Below, piece by piece: positions 18,513-27,033 of a DNA stretch of 64,000 nt. The notes under the pieces are model-generated. The model did no database searches. It was not told the DNA's origin and saw only the letters and a list, made by a program, of their open reading frames with translations. How positions within the stretch are numbered: position 1 is the first letter of the stretch; each line of letters opens with the position of its first letter. A program made the translations under genes and the position numbers. Source of the DNA: Kiritimatiellia bacterium (GTDB lineage Bacteria; Verrucomicrobiota; Kiritimatiellia; RFP12; JAAYLN01); the NCBI GenBank assembly GCA_045603485.1, contig JAZUMF010000117.1, forward strand, positions 24,575-88,574, read 5' to 3'.

Positions 18513-20320
18513 TTGTTTTCCTTGTGGAGATTTTGGTAGGCTTCAAAGCCTTCGGTTCCCATGTAGCGTTTGAGTATGCGATGGTCGACATCGGGAATGT
18601 TTACGGTTATGAATCCATCAAGACAATAGTTAAAGGCAGGGTCGACATTAAAGCAGACGATTTTACCGCCCATCTTTACATATTGCCTTATCAGGACGGG
18701 GATGTTCTTTTGGTCAGGCTCAATGTCCTGGATTATTTTTGCTGTCGTTTCAAGGTCTGCTATGTATTGCCTGTAATCAGAATGCATCCATTCGGCATTT
18801 TTTAGCGGTTTTGGCGCACAGCGGGACTTGACTAAGGCGGCGAGATCCGATCTGTAGCTGGAGAGCTTGAGCGAATTCATAAGCATCCACTTTGAAGCGT
18901 CAAGGAAGTCATTTGAGATGCTCACTGGACCAAAGAAGCTTTTATAATGCGGGTTTTTGGCAACGAAAATGCAAAGCCCTTTCCATAAAAGCATTAGGGA
19001 TGAATAGGCGCGCTGGTATTCCTTGCGAACCCATGAACGACCAAGCTCGATTGCCGGCTGGAGTTTTTGGACGAAGTCATCTCCATAGTTAAAGCAGGTA
19101 TGAGAATAAAGCCCCTTTACGCCGAGCTTAGGCATAATTTCATCGGCAAGCCCGAGTCGATAGGCACCAATTATTTCCTTTTTTTGTGGATTCCATACAA
19201 ACAGATGCCGATAATATTCATCGTATTGATCGATATCTATTTCTGTTCCTGTTCCTTCACCGACATCTCGATAGGTTATTTCGCGAAGTCTGCCGATTTC
19301 GCGAAGCGTTTGAGGAATCTGCGCCGATTTGGCGCAATACACAATCAAATCATCACCTTCACAGAGTGTGTTCTCAAGTGGAAATGCCGCAATTTCAGCC
19401 TCAATCACTTCTGCCGGTATCGGGTCTATAATCTTCTCTTGCGCCGTTACGCTTGTTTGTGAAGAAAGCGTTTGTTGCGTCTTAGCGGTAGGGCGTTCCG
19501 CCAAGGCATAAGAACGAAGGCGCATAAAGTTTATGAGCTTTTCATCGGTGTCGTAGATTTCCGTTTCCTGCGGCAAAATCGGTTGACCGATTTCAATGTG
19601 AATCGTCTTCGATTTTTTGTTTACAAGCTGCTTGGGAAGTTGTAATGTGCGTAGACGAGGATGTATAAGCCCGAGGAGATTGAATAATTTGCCGTTGTTG
19701 CCGCAAATATGCATTGGAATAATTGTGGCCCCTGTGCGGCGCGCCATTTTAGCTATGGTGGAACTCCATATGTTGTCGCGGACGAGTTTTGATTTTAAGT
19801 CTATGCTGGACACCTCACCGGCAGGGAAGACACCCAACAGATGTCCCTCCTCAAGCCACTTTATGCATCCCTTCATTGATTTAAGATTGTTCTTTTTTGC
19901 CTCGGAACCGCCAAACGGGTCGACAAAAAAGAAGTCTTCACGGAATTCCGGCATTAGGGAAAGCAGGTAGTTAGCCATCACCTTTGCGTCAGAGCGATAT
20001 TGCTCAAGTAATGCCAGAAGTATAACACCCTCAATGCCTCCGAAGGGATGGTTGGAGACGACAATTACCGGCCCTTCTTGGGGAATGGGATTGTCGAAAG
20101 GAGCGTTAATATCCCATTTGACATCCATATAGTCAAGAACTTTTCTTGAGAAGGAGATATCCTTGTCATTTGCTCTTGCGCCGTTGTATATCTCGTTGAG
20201 ACCTTTGAAGCACAAAAGCTTCTCAACGAACGGGCGTGAGATTTTTGCCATAGTCCTTAGAAGAGGGTTGGATATCTTCTTAGGATCTATCCTGAAGATG
20301 TTTTCGTCTGTAGTATTCAT
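18509..20320 (-). CDS. Bifunctional acyltransferase (PlsC-like plus GNAT; OlsF-like amino-lipid synthase)
   Basis: SNHPFGGIEG, FPAGEVS, then EIGRLREITYR, GAYRLG, ELGRS, LLWKG, FNVDPAF. Confidence 0.85.
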   Translation of the reverse strand: MNTTDENIFRIDPKKISNPLLRTMAKISRPFVEKLLCFKGLNEIYNGARANDKDISFSRKVLDYMDVKWDINAPFDNPIPQEGPVIVVSNHPFGGIEGVILLALLEQYRSDAKVMANYLLSLMPEFREDFFFVDPFGGSEAKKNNLKSMKGCIKWLEEGHLLGVFPAGEVSSIDLKSKLVRDNIWSSTIAKMARRTGATIIPMHICGNNGKLFNLLGLIHPRLRTLQLPKQLVNKKSKTIHIEIGQPILPQETEIYDTDEKLINFMRLRSYALAERPTAKTQQTLSSQTSVTAQEKIIDPIPAEVIEAEIAAFPLENTLCEGDDLIVYCAKSAQIPQTLREIGRLREITYRDVGEGTGTEIDIDQYDEYYRHLFVWNPQKKEIIGAYRLGLADEIMPKLGVKGLYSHTCFNYGDDFVQKLQPAIELGRSWVRKEYQRAYSSLMLLWKGLCIFVAKNPHYKSFFGPVSISNDFLDASKWMLMNSLKLSSYRSDLAALVKSRCAPKPLKNAEWMHSDYRQYIADLETTAKIIQDIEPDQKNIPVLIRQYVKMGGKIVCFNVDPAFNYCLDGFITVNIPDVDHRILKRYMGTEGFEAYQNLHKENK

Positions 20321-20358
20321 TTTGATTCAATTATTATAGCAAATCTTTGGGATAAGGG

Positions 20359-21024
20359 CTATTTGTCGACTAGTTTGTCCAAGTCGATATCATAGCCAAA
20401 GACGATTAACCGATCGGTCGCCAGAACCTGTTCGGTCCCGCTGGGAATGAATGTTGTGCGGGGAAGACGGGGGTCTGCCGTCAGGCGTCGTATGGCAAGG
20501 ATTGTTATTGAATATGTTTGCCTTACGGCACCTTCTGCGATTGTTCTGCCAACAAGCTCAGAGGGAGGCTCGATTTCTGCGATAGAGAGACCGTCGGCGA
20601 TTTCAAAGACATCTACAGCCGTTCGCGAAATCAGCGATTTTGCAAGAGACTGGGCTCTGTCGCGGTCAGGATAGATCACAATGTCGGCTCCAATTCGCTT
20701 TAGAACCTTGCGATGCACTTCAGAAACGGCACGGGAAATTACGGTCTTTACGCCAAGCTCCTTGGCATTGACCGTTGCCAAAATGGAGCCCTCCATGTCA
20801 CCGGCTATGCAAACCACGATTTCATCGCACTCGTCGAAACCGGCCTCCTTGAGTACGGCGGGATTGGTGGCATCGCCCTGAACAACTCTTGTTACGATGT
20901 CAGCGAAAAGGTTGACACGATCTTCATTTGAGTCGATAAGGAGCAGTTCCACATTTTCTGAAGATAGACTTTCGACCAAAGCCTGGCCGAAGCGACCGCA
21001 GCCTATAATGCCAATTCGTTTCAT
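20359..21024 (-). CDS. ktrA: Ktr/Trk potassium uptake regulatory subunit (RCK domains)
   Basis: GCGRFG, GDAT, IGAD..YP, C-terminal TrkA_C domain. Confidence 0.9.
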   Translation of the reverse strand: MKRIGIIGCGRFGQALVESLSSENVELLLIDSNEDRVNLFADIVTRVVQGDATNPAVLKEAGFDECDEIVVCIAGDMEGSILATVNAKELGVKTVISRAVSEVHRKVLKRIGADIVIYPDRDRAQSLAKSLISRTAVDVFEIADGLSIAEIEPPSELVGRTIAEGAVRQTYSITILAIRRLTADPRLPRTTFIPSGTEQVLATDRLIVFGYDIDLDKLVDK

Positions 21025-22409
21025 CCTACAATTACGCCTTCCTCTGGGTATTTTATGGTGGTTGGTGTGTTATTGGAGCGTCCAACGGAGAGAGCCACAG
21101 CAAGCGGGCCGATGCGCCCGATATACATTGCGGCAATGATTATAATGCGCCCTGGGGTTGATAGCATGGGTGTTTCGTTGAGTGAAAGCCCCGTTGTGCT
21201 CAGAGCTGAAATCGACTCAAAGAGAATCGGAATCGGAAGATTCGATGCTGTCGTCTGCTCTGTGACGAGCAACAATCCTATTACCAAAACATTGAAAAAA
21301 GCCGAAAGCATAAAGACGGCTATAGCACTGCGAATGACCGCTCCGGGGATGGTGCGGTTTTTGAAGATTGTGGCATTTTTATTTCGGATAATCGCTATTG
21401 TCGTCAGGATAAGAACTGCGGCTGTTGTCGTTTTCAGACCGCCGGCCGCAGAGCCGGGTGCACCGCCGATGAACATGCCCAGCATAGTTGCAAATTGAGT
21501 TGAAAAATGAGTGTCGGTCATATCAACGGCTGTAAATCCGCTTGTTCTTGAAGCAAATGCCTGAAATGCCGATATGGTAATTTTTTTCATAATGCTCAAA
21601 CCATTAAGGGCATTGTCCCATTCTGGAATCAGGAAGGTGAAAAATCCGGCAATACCTAGGATAATCGCCATGCGGATTATAAGTGCGCTATGTATAGAGA
21701 GATGGCTGCGTCGGACCTTTTTTCTGTTCAGCGGACGCAACTGAAGTATCTCTGAAATTACGACGAAGCCCAAGCTTCCGATCATTACAAGCATACAGAT
21801 CGTAAGAAGTAGAGTAACATCTCCGCATAAACTTATCAAACTGTCAGACTGAAGTGCAAAACCGGCGTTGCAAAATGCTGAAACCGCATGAAAAACGCCA
21901 TGCCAGACGGCATTTCCCCAATCCAGACCGATAGCCTTGAAGCGCAGTGCCAATATGACAGCTCCGATTGCTTCAACACTTATCGCTAACGAAACTGTGC
22001 GAATCAGAAGAGCCTTCAGAGATATTGTTTCACTGCCGCCTATAGTGCCGTTAATGATATTCTCGCTCTTGCATGAGAGGTGCTTGCCGAGAATAATTGC
22101 AAAGAAGGTCGCAAATGTCATGATGCCGATTCCTCCCAGTTGTATAAGAGAAAGGATTATGACTTGACCGAATATGGAGAACTGATTTGCAATATCTACG
22201 ACAGAGAGCCCTGTAACGCAGGTGGCGCTTACCGCTGTAAAAACGGCATTGAGGACAGAAAGCTCGGGGGCCCCAAATTTGCGCGCGTGGGGCGACGCTA
22301 AGAGCATTGCCCCAATTGTAATTACGACAAGAAATGTTCCCAGAAGCGTCGCTTCGGGACTCGTGCTTGGGACCTTTTTGAATTTGCGGATGAATTCCAG
22401 CCGTGTCAT
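21021..22409 (-). CDS. ktrB: Ktr/Trk potassium uptake membrane subunit
   Basis: SATCVTGL, SAFCNAGF, RTSGF, MFIGG.PGS.AGG, SALSTTGLS, YIGRIGP. Confidence 0.92.
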   Translation of the reverse strand: MTRLEFIRKFKKVPSTSPEATLLGTFLVVITIGAMLLASPHARKFGAPELSVLNAVFTAVSATCVTGLSVVDIANQFSIFGQVIILSLIQLGGIGIMTFATFFAIILGKHLSCKSENIINGTIGGSETISLKALLIRTVSLAISVEAIGAVILALRFKAIGLDWGNAVWHGVFHAVSAFCNAGFALQSDSLISLCGDVTLLLTICMLVMIGSLGFVVISEILQLRPLNRKKVRRSHLSIHSALIIRMAIILGIAGFFTFLIPEWDNALNGLSIMKKITISAFQAFASRTSGFTAVDMTDTHFSTQFATMLGMFIGGAPGSAAGGLKTTTAAVLILTTIAIIRNKNATIFKNRTIPGAVIRSAIAVFMLSAFFNVLVIGLLLVTEQTTASNLPIPILFESISALSTTGLSLNETPMLSTPGRIIIIAAMYIGRIGPLAVALSVGRSNNTPTTIKYPEEGVIVG

Positions 22410-22411
22410 GC

Positions 22412-23362
22412 TTAATTCGCAGAGCCTCTTTGTGTCTGTTCCGCTTTGAGCGGCTTACCGTCCTCCCCAAGGAGAAGGACCGTATATTTAGCGGTCATCG
22501 TGTGCTTTTCGCCTGGCTTAATGGTAATTGGCCTCATTGCGGTATTGGCGGTTTCAACGCAAACGAAATTACGCCAATCGTCATCATTCATATCTGCGGT
22601 TCTGGCGGCCTTTTCAATCCAGGGATTCCAGACAACGGTAGAATTACTACCATCCTTCTCAATCGCTATACGGCGGTTTATACCCGAGTCGGTAATGATT
22701 GATACAGAATCATGGTGGTGATAGACGCTGTCAGTTTCTTTATCAAAAGCGACAGCACCGCTTTGTAGCTTTTCGCCACCATTAGGAGTTGTGTCTGTGT
22801 AGGGCTGTCCGTCAAGACCGGTGACGCTTGTTTTTTCAATATCCTTAACGCGGAAATAGGTATGGAGCGCTTCAGTTATAACGAAAGGCTCCTTGTCCAG
22901 GTTTTCGGTTGTCAGTTCAAGCTTTAGAGTTTCCCCCAAAGTAATAGTCAAGGATAAAGCGAAATCGTGTGGCCAAAGCCTATAGTTCGCCTGAGTAGGG
23001 GGAAGACCCAATGTTATTGCGGTTTCATCCTTGTCATATTCAGTTCCCAAGACAACCCATTCTTGGGTTCGCGCAAAACCATGACTTGGCAGGCCAGGCG
23101 TTGCAGCCGCACCAAACCAGGGCCAACACACAGGGATGCCTCCGCGAATGGCCTTGCCCGGCTCAAGTGACTTATAGCTGTCGGCAAGCCACAGGACAGG
23201 AGAGTGACCGGTAGGACGATAGGAGAGCACATGCGCTCCATAGAGCGAAATTTCAACGGCTCCATGAGGCGAGACCAAAACAACAACAGGAGCAGGGGAC
23301 GCATCGCGAAATGCGATACGCCCAGCAACAGCAAATTTTGAAAGATTATCGTTCATATTCAT
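22412..23362 (-). CDS. D-hexose-6-phosphate mutarotase (YeaD-like aldose 1-epimerase)
   Basis: GAHVLSY, AIRGGIPVCWPWFG, HGFAR, ALHTYF, VVWNPW, FVCVE. Confidence 0.95.
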   Translation of the reverse strand: MNMNDNLSKFAVAGRIAFRDASPAPVVVLVSPHGAVEISLYGAHVLSYRPTGHSPVLWLADSYKSLEPGKAIRGGIPVCWPWFGAAATPGLPSHGFARTQEWVVLGTEYDKDETAITLGLPPTQANYRLWPHDFALSLTITLGETLKLELTTENLDKEPFVITEALHTYFRVKDIEKTSVTGLDGQPYTDTTPNGGEKLQSGAVAFDKETDSVYHHHDSVSIITDSGINRRIAIEKDGSNSTVVWNPWIEKAARTADMNDDDWRNFVCVETANTAMRPITIKPGEKHTMTAKYTVLLLGEDGKPLKAEQTQRGSAN

Positions 23363-23561
23363 TTAAGGCTTGCGCCTTGTAGATTAAGTTAGCGGATTTT
23401 GTTTGTCTTTTCAATAAAAGACGAAAACAAGGCATTTTGTAATTATACCATAAATTTATTTATTATTACCACTTTTGCGATATCACAGATTTTTCCGAAG
23501 TCGGGGTGACTTTTGGAAATATAGCGTATTAACCAGTCTCTCCGTTGTCACCGATATCGCC

Positions 23562-23739
23562 GGTCAGTTTTAGGCGAGGCATGCGGATGAGGATGAGGTA
23601 AGAGGTAAGAGGTAAGAGGTAAGAGGTAAGCTGATGAGGTCAGTTTTAGGCGAGGCGTGCGGAGGAGGATGAGGTAAGAGGTAAGAGGTAAGAGGTAAGC
23701 TGATGAGGTCAGTTTTAGGCGAGGCGTGCGGAGGAGGAT
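23562..23739. repeat. Three copies of a 33-bp block separated by (GAGGTAA)5 and (GAGGTAA)4
   Basis: GGTCAGTTTTAGGCGAGGCRTGCGGAKGAGGAT at 23562, 23638 and 23707; unit lengths 76 and 69 bp. Confidence 0.95.
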
Positions 23740-23754
23740 TTCGACGCGGTTCTA

Positions 23755-23783
23755 TTGACTTGGCACTAAAATAGATGTAGACT
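23755..23783 (+). promoter_or_regulatory. sigma70-type promoter for the first LRR gene
   Basis: TTGACT-17 bp-TAGACT. Confidence 0.65.
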
Positions 23784-23822
23784 AAAAAAGTGTTTTTTAA
23801 TTTCAGAAATAAGAAGGTGGCA

Positions 23823-25361
23823 ATGAGAAATTTAAAGTGTTTGTTTGCTGCAGTTGCGATTTTTTCGGTTGGCGGACTCTTAGCCGATACCAATATGCTT
23901 CATATCGCGACTTCGGTCGCGACAACCTCAGGTATGGAGCCGCCCGTTGGTAATTATGCCGTTCCGGAGGCTGTTACATGCACAGCGCCGGTTAGTGTCG
24001 ATACAAACGATGTCCGTTATACCTGCACAGGCTATACGCTTGAGACATACGCTGACGGAGTATGGTCGCTTGTTGATACTGTTACCGGTTCAACTTCTTT
24101 CAATTGCCCTGCCGATGGTACTCCTCGCCGAATTACTTGGCAGTGGGAGGCTACACACTTTAAGGTGACGATTCAGCTTGTGCCTGCCGATTCAGGTTCG
24201 GTTACTGTTGAGCCGGCCCTTCCAGAAGACGGTTATTGCGTTAAGGGTACTAAATTGACTATGACGGCAACTCCTAACGAGGGGCGCGAGCATATCGGTT
24301 GGGCGACGGCAAGTGCCGGGTATTATACTTCTCAATTTTCAATGACCGTCAATACTGCTCAAACAATCAAGGTTGGCATGGCAGGCAAGTGGACTTGCAG
24401 TGGTAAGACCTTGGCTAACGGTGTGTGGAGCCTTAAGGTCGATGGCGGTCAGATGGTATCTTACTATAGCGGTTTCGGTAAGCTCGATTTAAGCGATGTT
24501 TATTCCGATACAGGTATCAAAATCACATCAACCTATCAAACAATATTCCAAAATAATAAAATGATCAAGTTCTTTGTCGCTCCTGATGTGACCAGCATGG
24601 GGCAAAGATCTTTTCAGGGTTCGGGCTTGCAGGATGCAAGGGTTTCTGAAAAATGCTCAAAAATCAACACATATTGCTTCCGTGACGCCACTTCCCTTAC
24701 AAATTTTGAACCCAAGGTAAGTTCTAGCCTTAAACAAATTAGCTCCGACGCTTTTCGCAGTTGCAAAAATCTTGTCGGTGATTTTTATTATCCTAACTTG
24801 ACATATGTTGGTGATTCTTCATTTTATGAGACAAAGATTTCATCTATTAATTTCCCCAGTTTAACATCAGTGGGGATTAGCGCATTTAATACTTGTTCTT
24901 CGTTGACTAATGCCGTTATTGCCGGTTCGTCGATTGGGACATCGGCATTTCAGAGCGCCTCTAAACTTAATAATATCCATTTTACATATTCGGGTTCAAC
25001 GCCACTGCCTAAATGGATTTTCAGAGCTGCTCCTTCTTCATTAAAAGTGTGGTATCATGGATTAAAGGCGCCGACATCGATACATAATGAGGCTTTTTAT
25101 CCAAGAAATTCCAATAAGCCATTCACAAGGATATACATAAAAAACGCTGCGGATGAAGCTAATTGGCTAAAGTTGGCAAATTATCTTCTAAAGCCCGGAG
25201 AAACAGGAAAGCCCGAGCTTAACGCGTCATATAAGGATGATGCTGATTATCCTGGCCGCACTCGCACAATCGGTCTTAGATATGATACAAGTCTCAATAG
25301 CAAGCCTGTTTGGTTTGTAAAATGGCCCGTTGGACAATTCTCGTTTTTTACAGTGCATTAA
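23823..25361 (+). CDS. Secreted BspA-type leucine-rich repeat protein with N-terminal Ig/InlB-B-like domains (paralog 1)
   Basis: Signal peptide; 'TMTATPNEG...GW' repeat domain; LRR_5-like units (IxxxAFxxCxxL). Start at MRNLK after AAGGTGG. Confidence 0.85.
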   Translation: MRNLKCLFAAVAIFSVGGLLADTNMLHIATSVATTSGMEPPVGNYAVPEAVTCTAPVSVDTNDVRYTCTGYTLETYADGVWSLVDTVTGSTSFNCPADGTPRRITWQWEATHFKVTIQLVPADSGSVTVEPALPEDGYCVKGTKLTMTATPNEGREHIGWATASAGYYTSQFSMTVNTAQTIKVGMAGKWTCSGKTLANGVWSLKVDGGQMVSYYSGFGKLDLSDVYSDTGIKITSTYQTIFQNNKMIKFFVAPDVTSMGQRSFQGSGLQDARVSEKCSKINTYCFRDATSLTNFEPKVSSSLKQISSDAFRSCKNLVGDFYYPNLTYVGDSSFYETKISSINFPSLTSVGISAFNTCSSLTNAVIAGSSIGTSAFQSASKLNNIHFTYSGSTPLPKWIFRAAPSSLKVWYHGLKAPTSIHNEAFYPRNSNKPFTRIYIKNAADEANWLKLANYLLKPGETGKPELNASYKDDADYPGRTRTIGLRYDTSLNSKPVWFVKWPVGQFSFFTVH

Positions 25362-25425
25362 ATTGCCATCTTTGGCATAAATACTGGCTGCATTGCTTTT
25401 TGATTTCTTAGAGAAGAGGGAAATA

Positions 25426-26961
25426 ATGAAAAAATCCAAGTCTTTGTTTGTGGCGGCAATCTTTTTGTTGGTTGGCGGGCTTTTTGCCGATACCAATATG
25501 CTTCATATCGCGACTTCGGTCGCGACAACCTCAGGTATGGAGCCGCCCGTTGGCAACTATGCTGTTCCTGAGGCTATTACATGCACAGCTCCGGCTAGTG
25601 TCGATACAAACAGCATCCGTTATACCTGCACAGGCTATACGCTTGAGACATACGCTGACGGAGTATGGTCGCTTGTTGATACTGTTACCGGTTCAACTTC
25701 TTTCAATTGCCCGGCAGACGGTACTCCTCGCCGAATTACTTGGCAGTGGGAGGCTACACACTTTAAGGTGACGATTCAGCTTGTGCCTGCCGATTCGGGG
25801 TCGGTTACTGTTGAGCCGGCACTTCCGGAAGACGGTTATTGCGTTAAGGGTACTAAATTGACTATGACGGCAACTCCTAATGAAGGTCGCGAGCATATCG
25901 GTTGGGCGACGGCAAGTGCAGGGTATTATACTCCTCAATTTTCAACGACAGTCAATGCTGCTCAAACAATCAAGGTCGGCATGGCGGGTAAGTGGACTTA
26001 CAGTGGCACGACCATGGCTAACGGTGTATGGAGCTTGAAGGTTAAAGACAATGAGGTGACATCTTATTATAGCGGGTTTGGCAAGCTGGATTTCAGCAAT
26101 GTCTACTCCGATACGGGGACTAAAGTTACAAAAATTTATAATCAAACATTCCAAAACAATAAAATGATCAAGTTCTTTGTCGCTCCTGATGTGACTTCTT
26201 TAGGATCGAGAGCATTTCAATCTTCAGGCTTGCAGGACGCAAGGTTTACCGACTCTCTTAAATCGTTAGGCGGTACATGTTTTTCAGGTGTTACATCTCT
26301 TACAAATTTTGAACCTAAGGTAAGTAATAACCTTACATCAATAGGTGGCGAAGCCTTTAAAAATTGCAAAAACATGAGGGGCGATTTGGTTTATTCAAAT
26401 TTAGTAAGTTCGTCTACCTATTGTTTCTATGGAACGGGGATAACATCTGCAAATTGTCCTAAGCTTTCTCCAAGTACATCTTTCTTTGCTGCGTGTGAAT
26501 CTTTAACCAATGTCGTAATTTTGGGAACTACGGTAGGAAAGACTTTGTTTTCTGGTTGTACAAAATTGCAAAATGTTCATATACTGTCACCAACGGGGGC
26601 ATCATCTTTTCCTCAATGGGTATTTAGAGAAACTCCTACTTCATTAAAGATTTGGTATTATGGACGCAAGGCTCCATCTTCAATAGCGTCTGATGCCTTT
26701 TTCCCATCGAAAGGTGCCCCATATATAAGAATATTTATTAAAAACGGCTATGACATAGAACAGTGGCAAGTCCTTTCAGAGCGAGTCCAAAATCCCGGGG
26801 CGACTGGTATTCCAGCTTTGACCACAGCAGATAAAAATATTTCTAACTATCCCGGTCGTACACGCACAATTGGAATCGGTCATAAGGGGCGTGTTAACAG
26901 CAAGCCGGTTTGGTTTGTAAAATGGCCTGTCGGTCTCTTTTCGTTTTTAACTCTGCATTAA
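25426..26961 (+). CDS. Secreted BspA-type leucine-rich repeat protein (paralog 2, tandem duplicate)
   Basis: N-terminal part nearly identical to paralog 1; divergent LRRs; same C-terminal KPVWFVKWPVG. Confidence 0.85.
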   Translation: MKKSKSLFVAAIFLLVGGLFADTNMLHIATSVATTSGMEPPVGNYAVPEAITCTAPASVDTNSIRYTCTGYTLETYADGVWSLVDTVTGSTSFNCPADGTPRRITWQWEATHFKVTIQLVPADSGSVTVEPALPEDGYCVKGTKLTMTATPNEGREHIGWATASAGYYTPQFSTTVNAAQTIKVGMAGKWTYSGTTMANGVWSLKVKDNEVTSYYSGFGKLDFSNVYSDTGTKVTKIYNQTFQNNKMIKFFVAPDVTSLGSRAFQSSGLQDARFTDSLKSLGGTCFSGVTSLTNFEPKVSNNLTSIGGEAFKNCKNMRGDLVYSNLVSSSTYCFYGTGITSANCPKLSPSTSFFAACESLTNVVILGTTVGKTLFSGCTKLQNVHILSPTGASSFPQWVFRETPTSLKIWYYGRKAPSSIASDAFFPSKGAPYIRIFIKNGYDIEQWQVLSERVQNPGATGIPALTTADKNISNYPGRTRTIGIGHKGRVNSKPVWFVKWPVGLFSFLTLH

Positions 26962-26971
26962 GTTGCTGTTA

Positions 26972-26988
26972 TTGGCATAAATATTGCT
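26972..26988 (+). promoter_or_regulatory. sigma54 (RpoN)-type -24/-12 promoter
   Basis: TTGGCATAAATATTGCT = TGGCA-N6-TTGC with exact GG-N10-GC spacing, 45 nt before the DUF4838 ATG. Confidence 0.7.
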
Positions 26989-27033
26989 GTAAGTTAAATC
27001 ATATGTTTTTTTAATTCTTCAAGGAGTTTGCTT

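Noticed and set aside
23630-23725. Hammerhead ribozyme suggested by CTGATGAG (2 copies)
   Set aside because: The required GAAA after stem II is absent (GAGG instead), and stems I and III cannot be formed convincingly.
23562-23739. CRISPR array
   Set aside because: Spacers are the same heptamer repeat rather than unique sequences, there are only three blocks, and no cas genes are present.
23823-26961. Diversity-generating retroelement TR/VR pair
   Set aside because: Both copies are full genes, differences are not confined to adenines, and there is no reverse transcriptase in the window.
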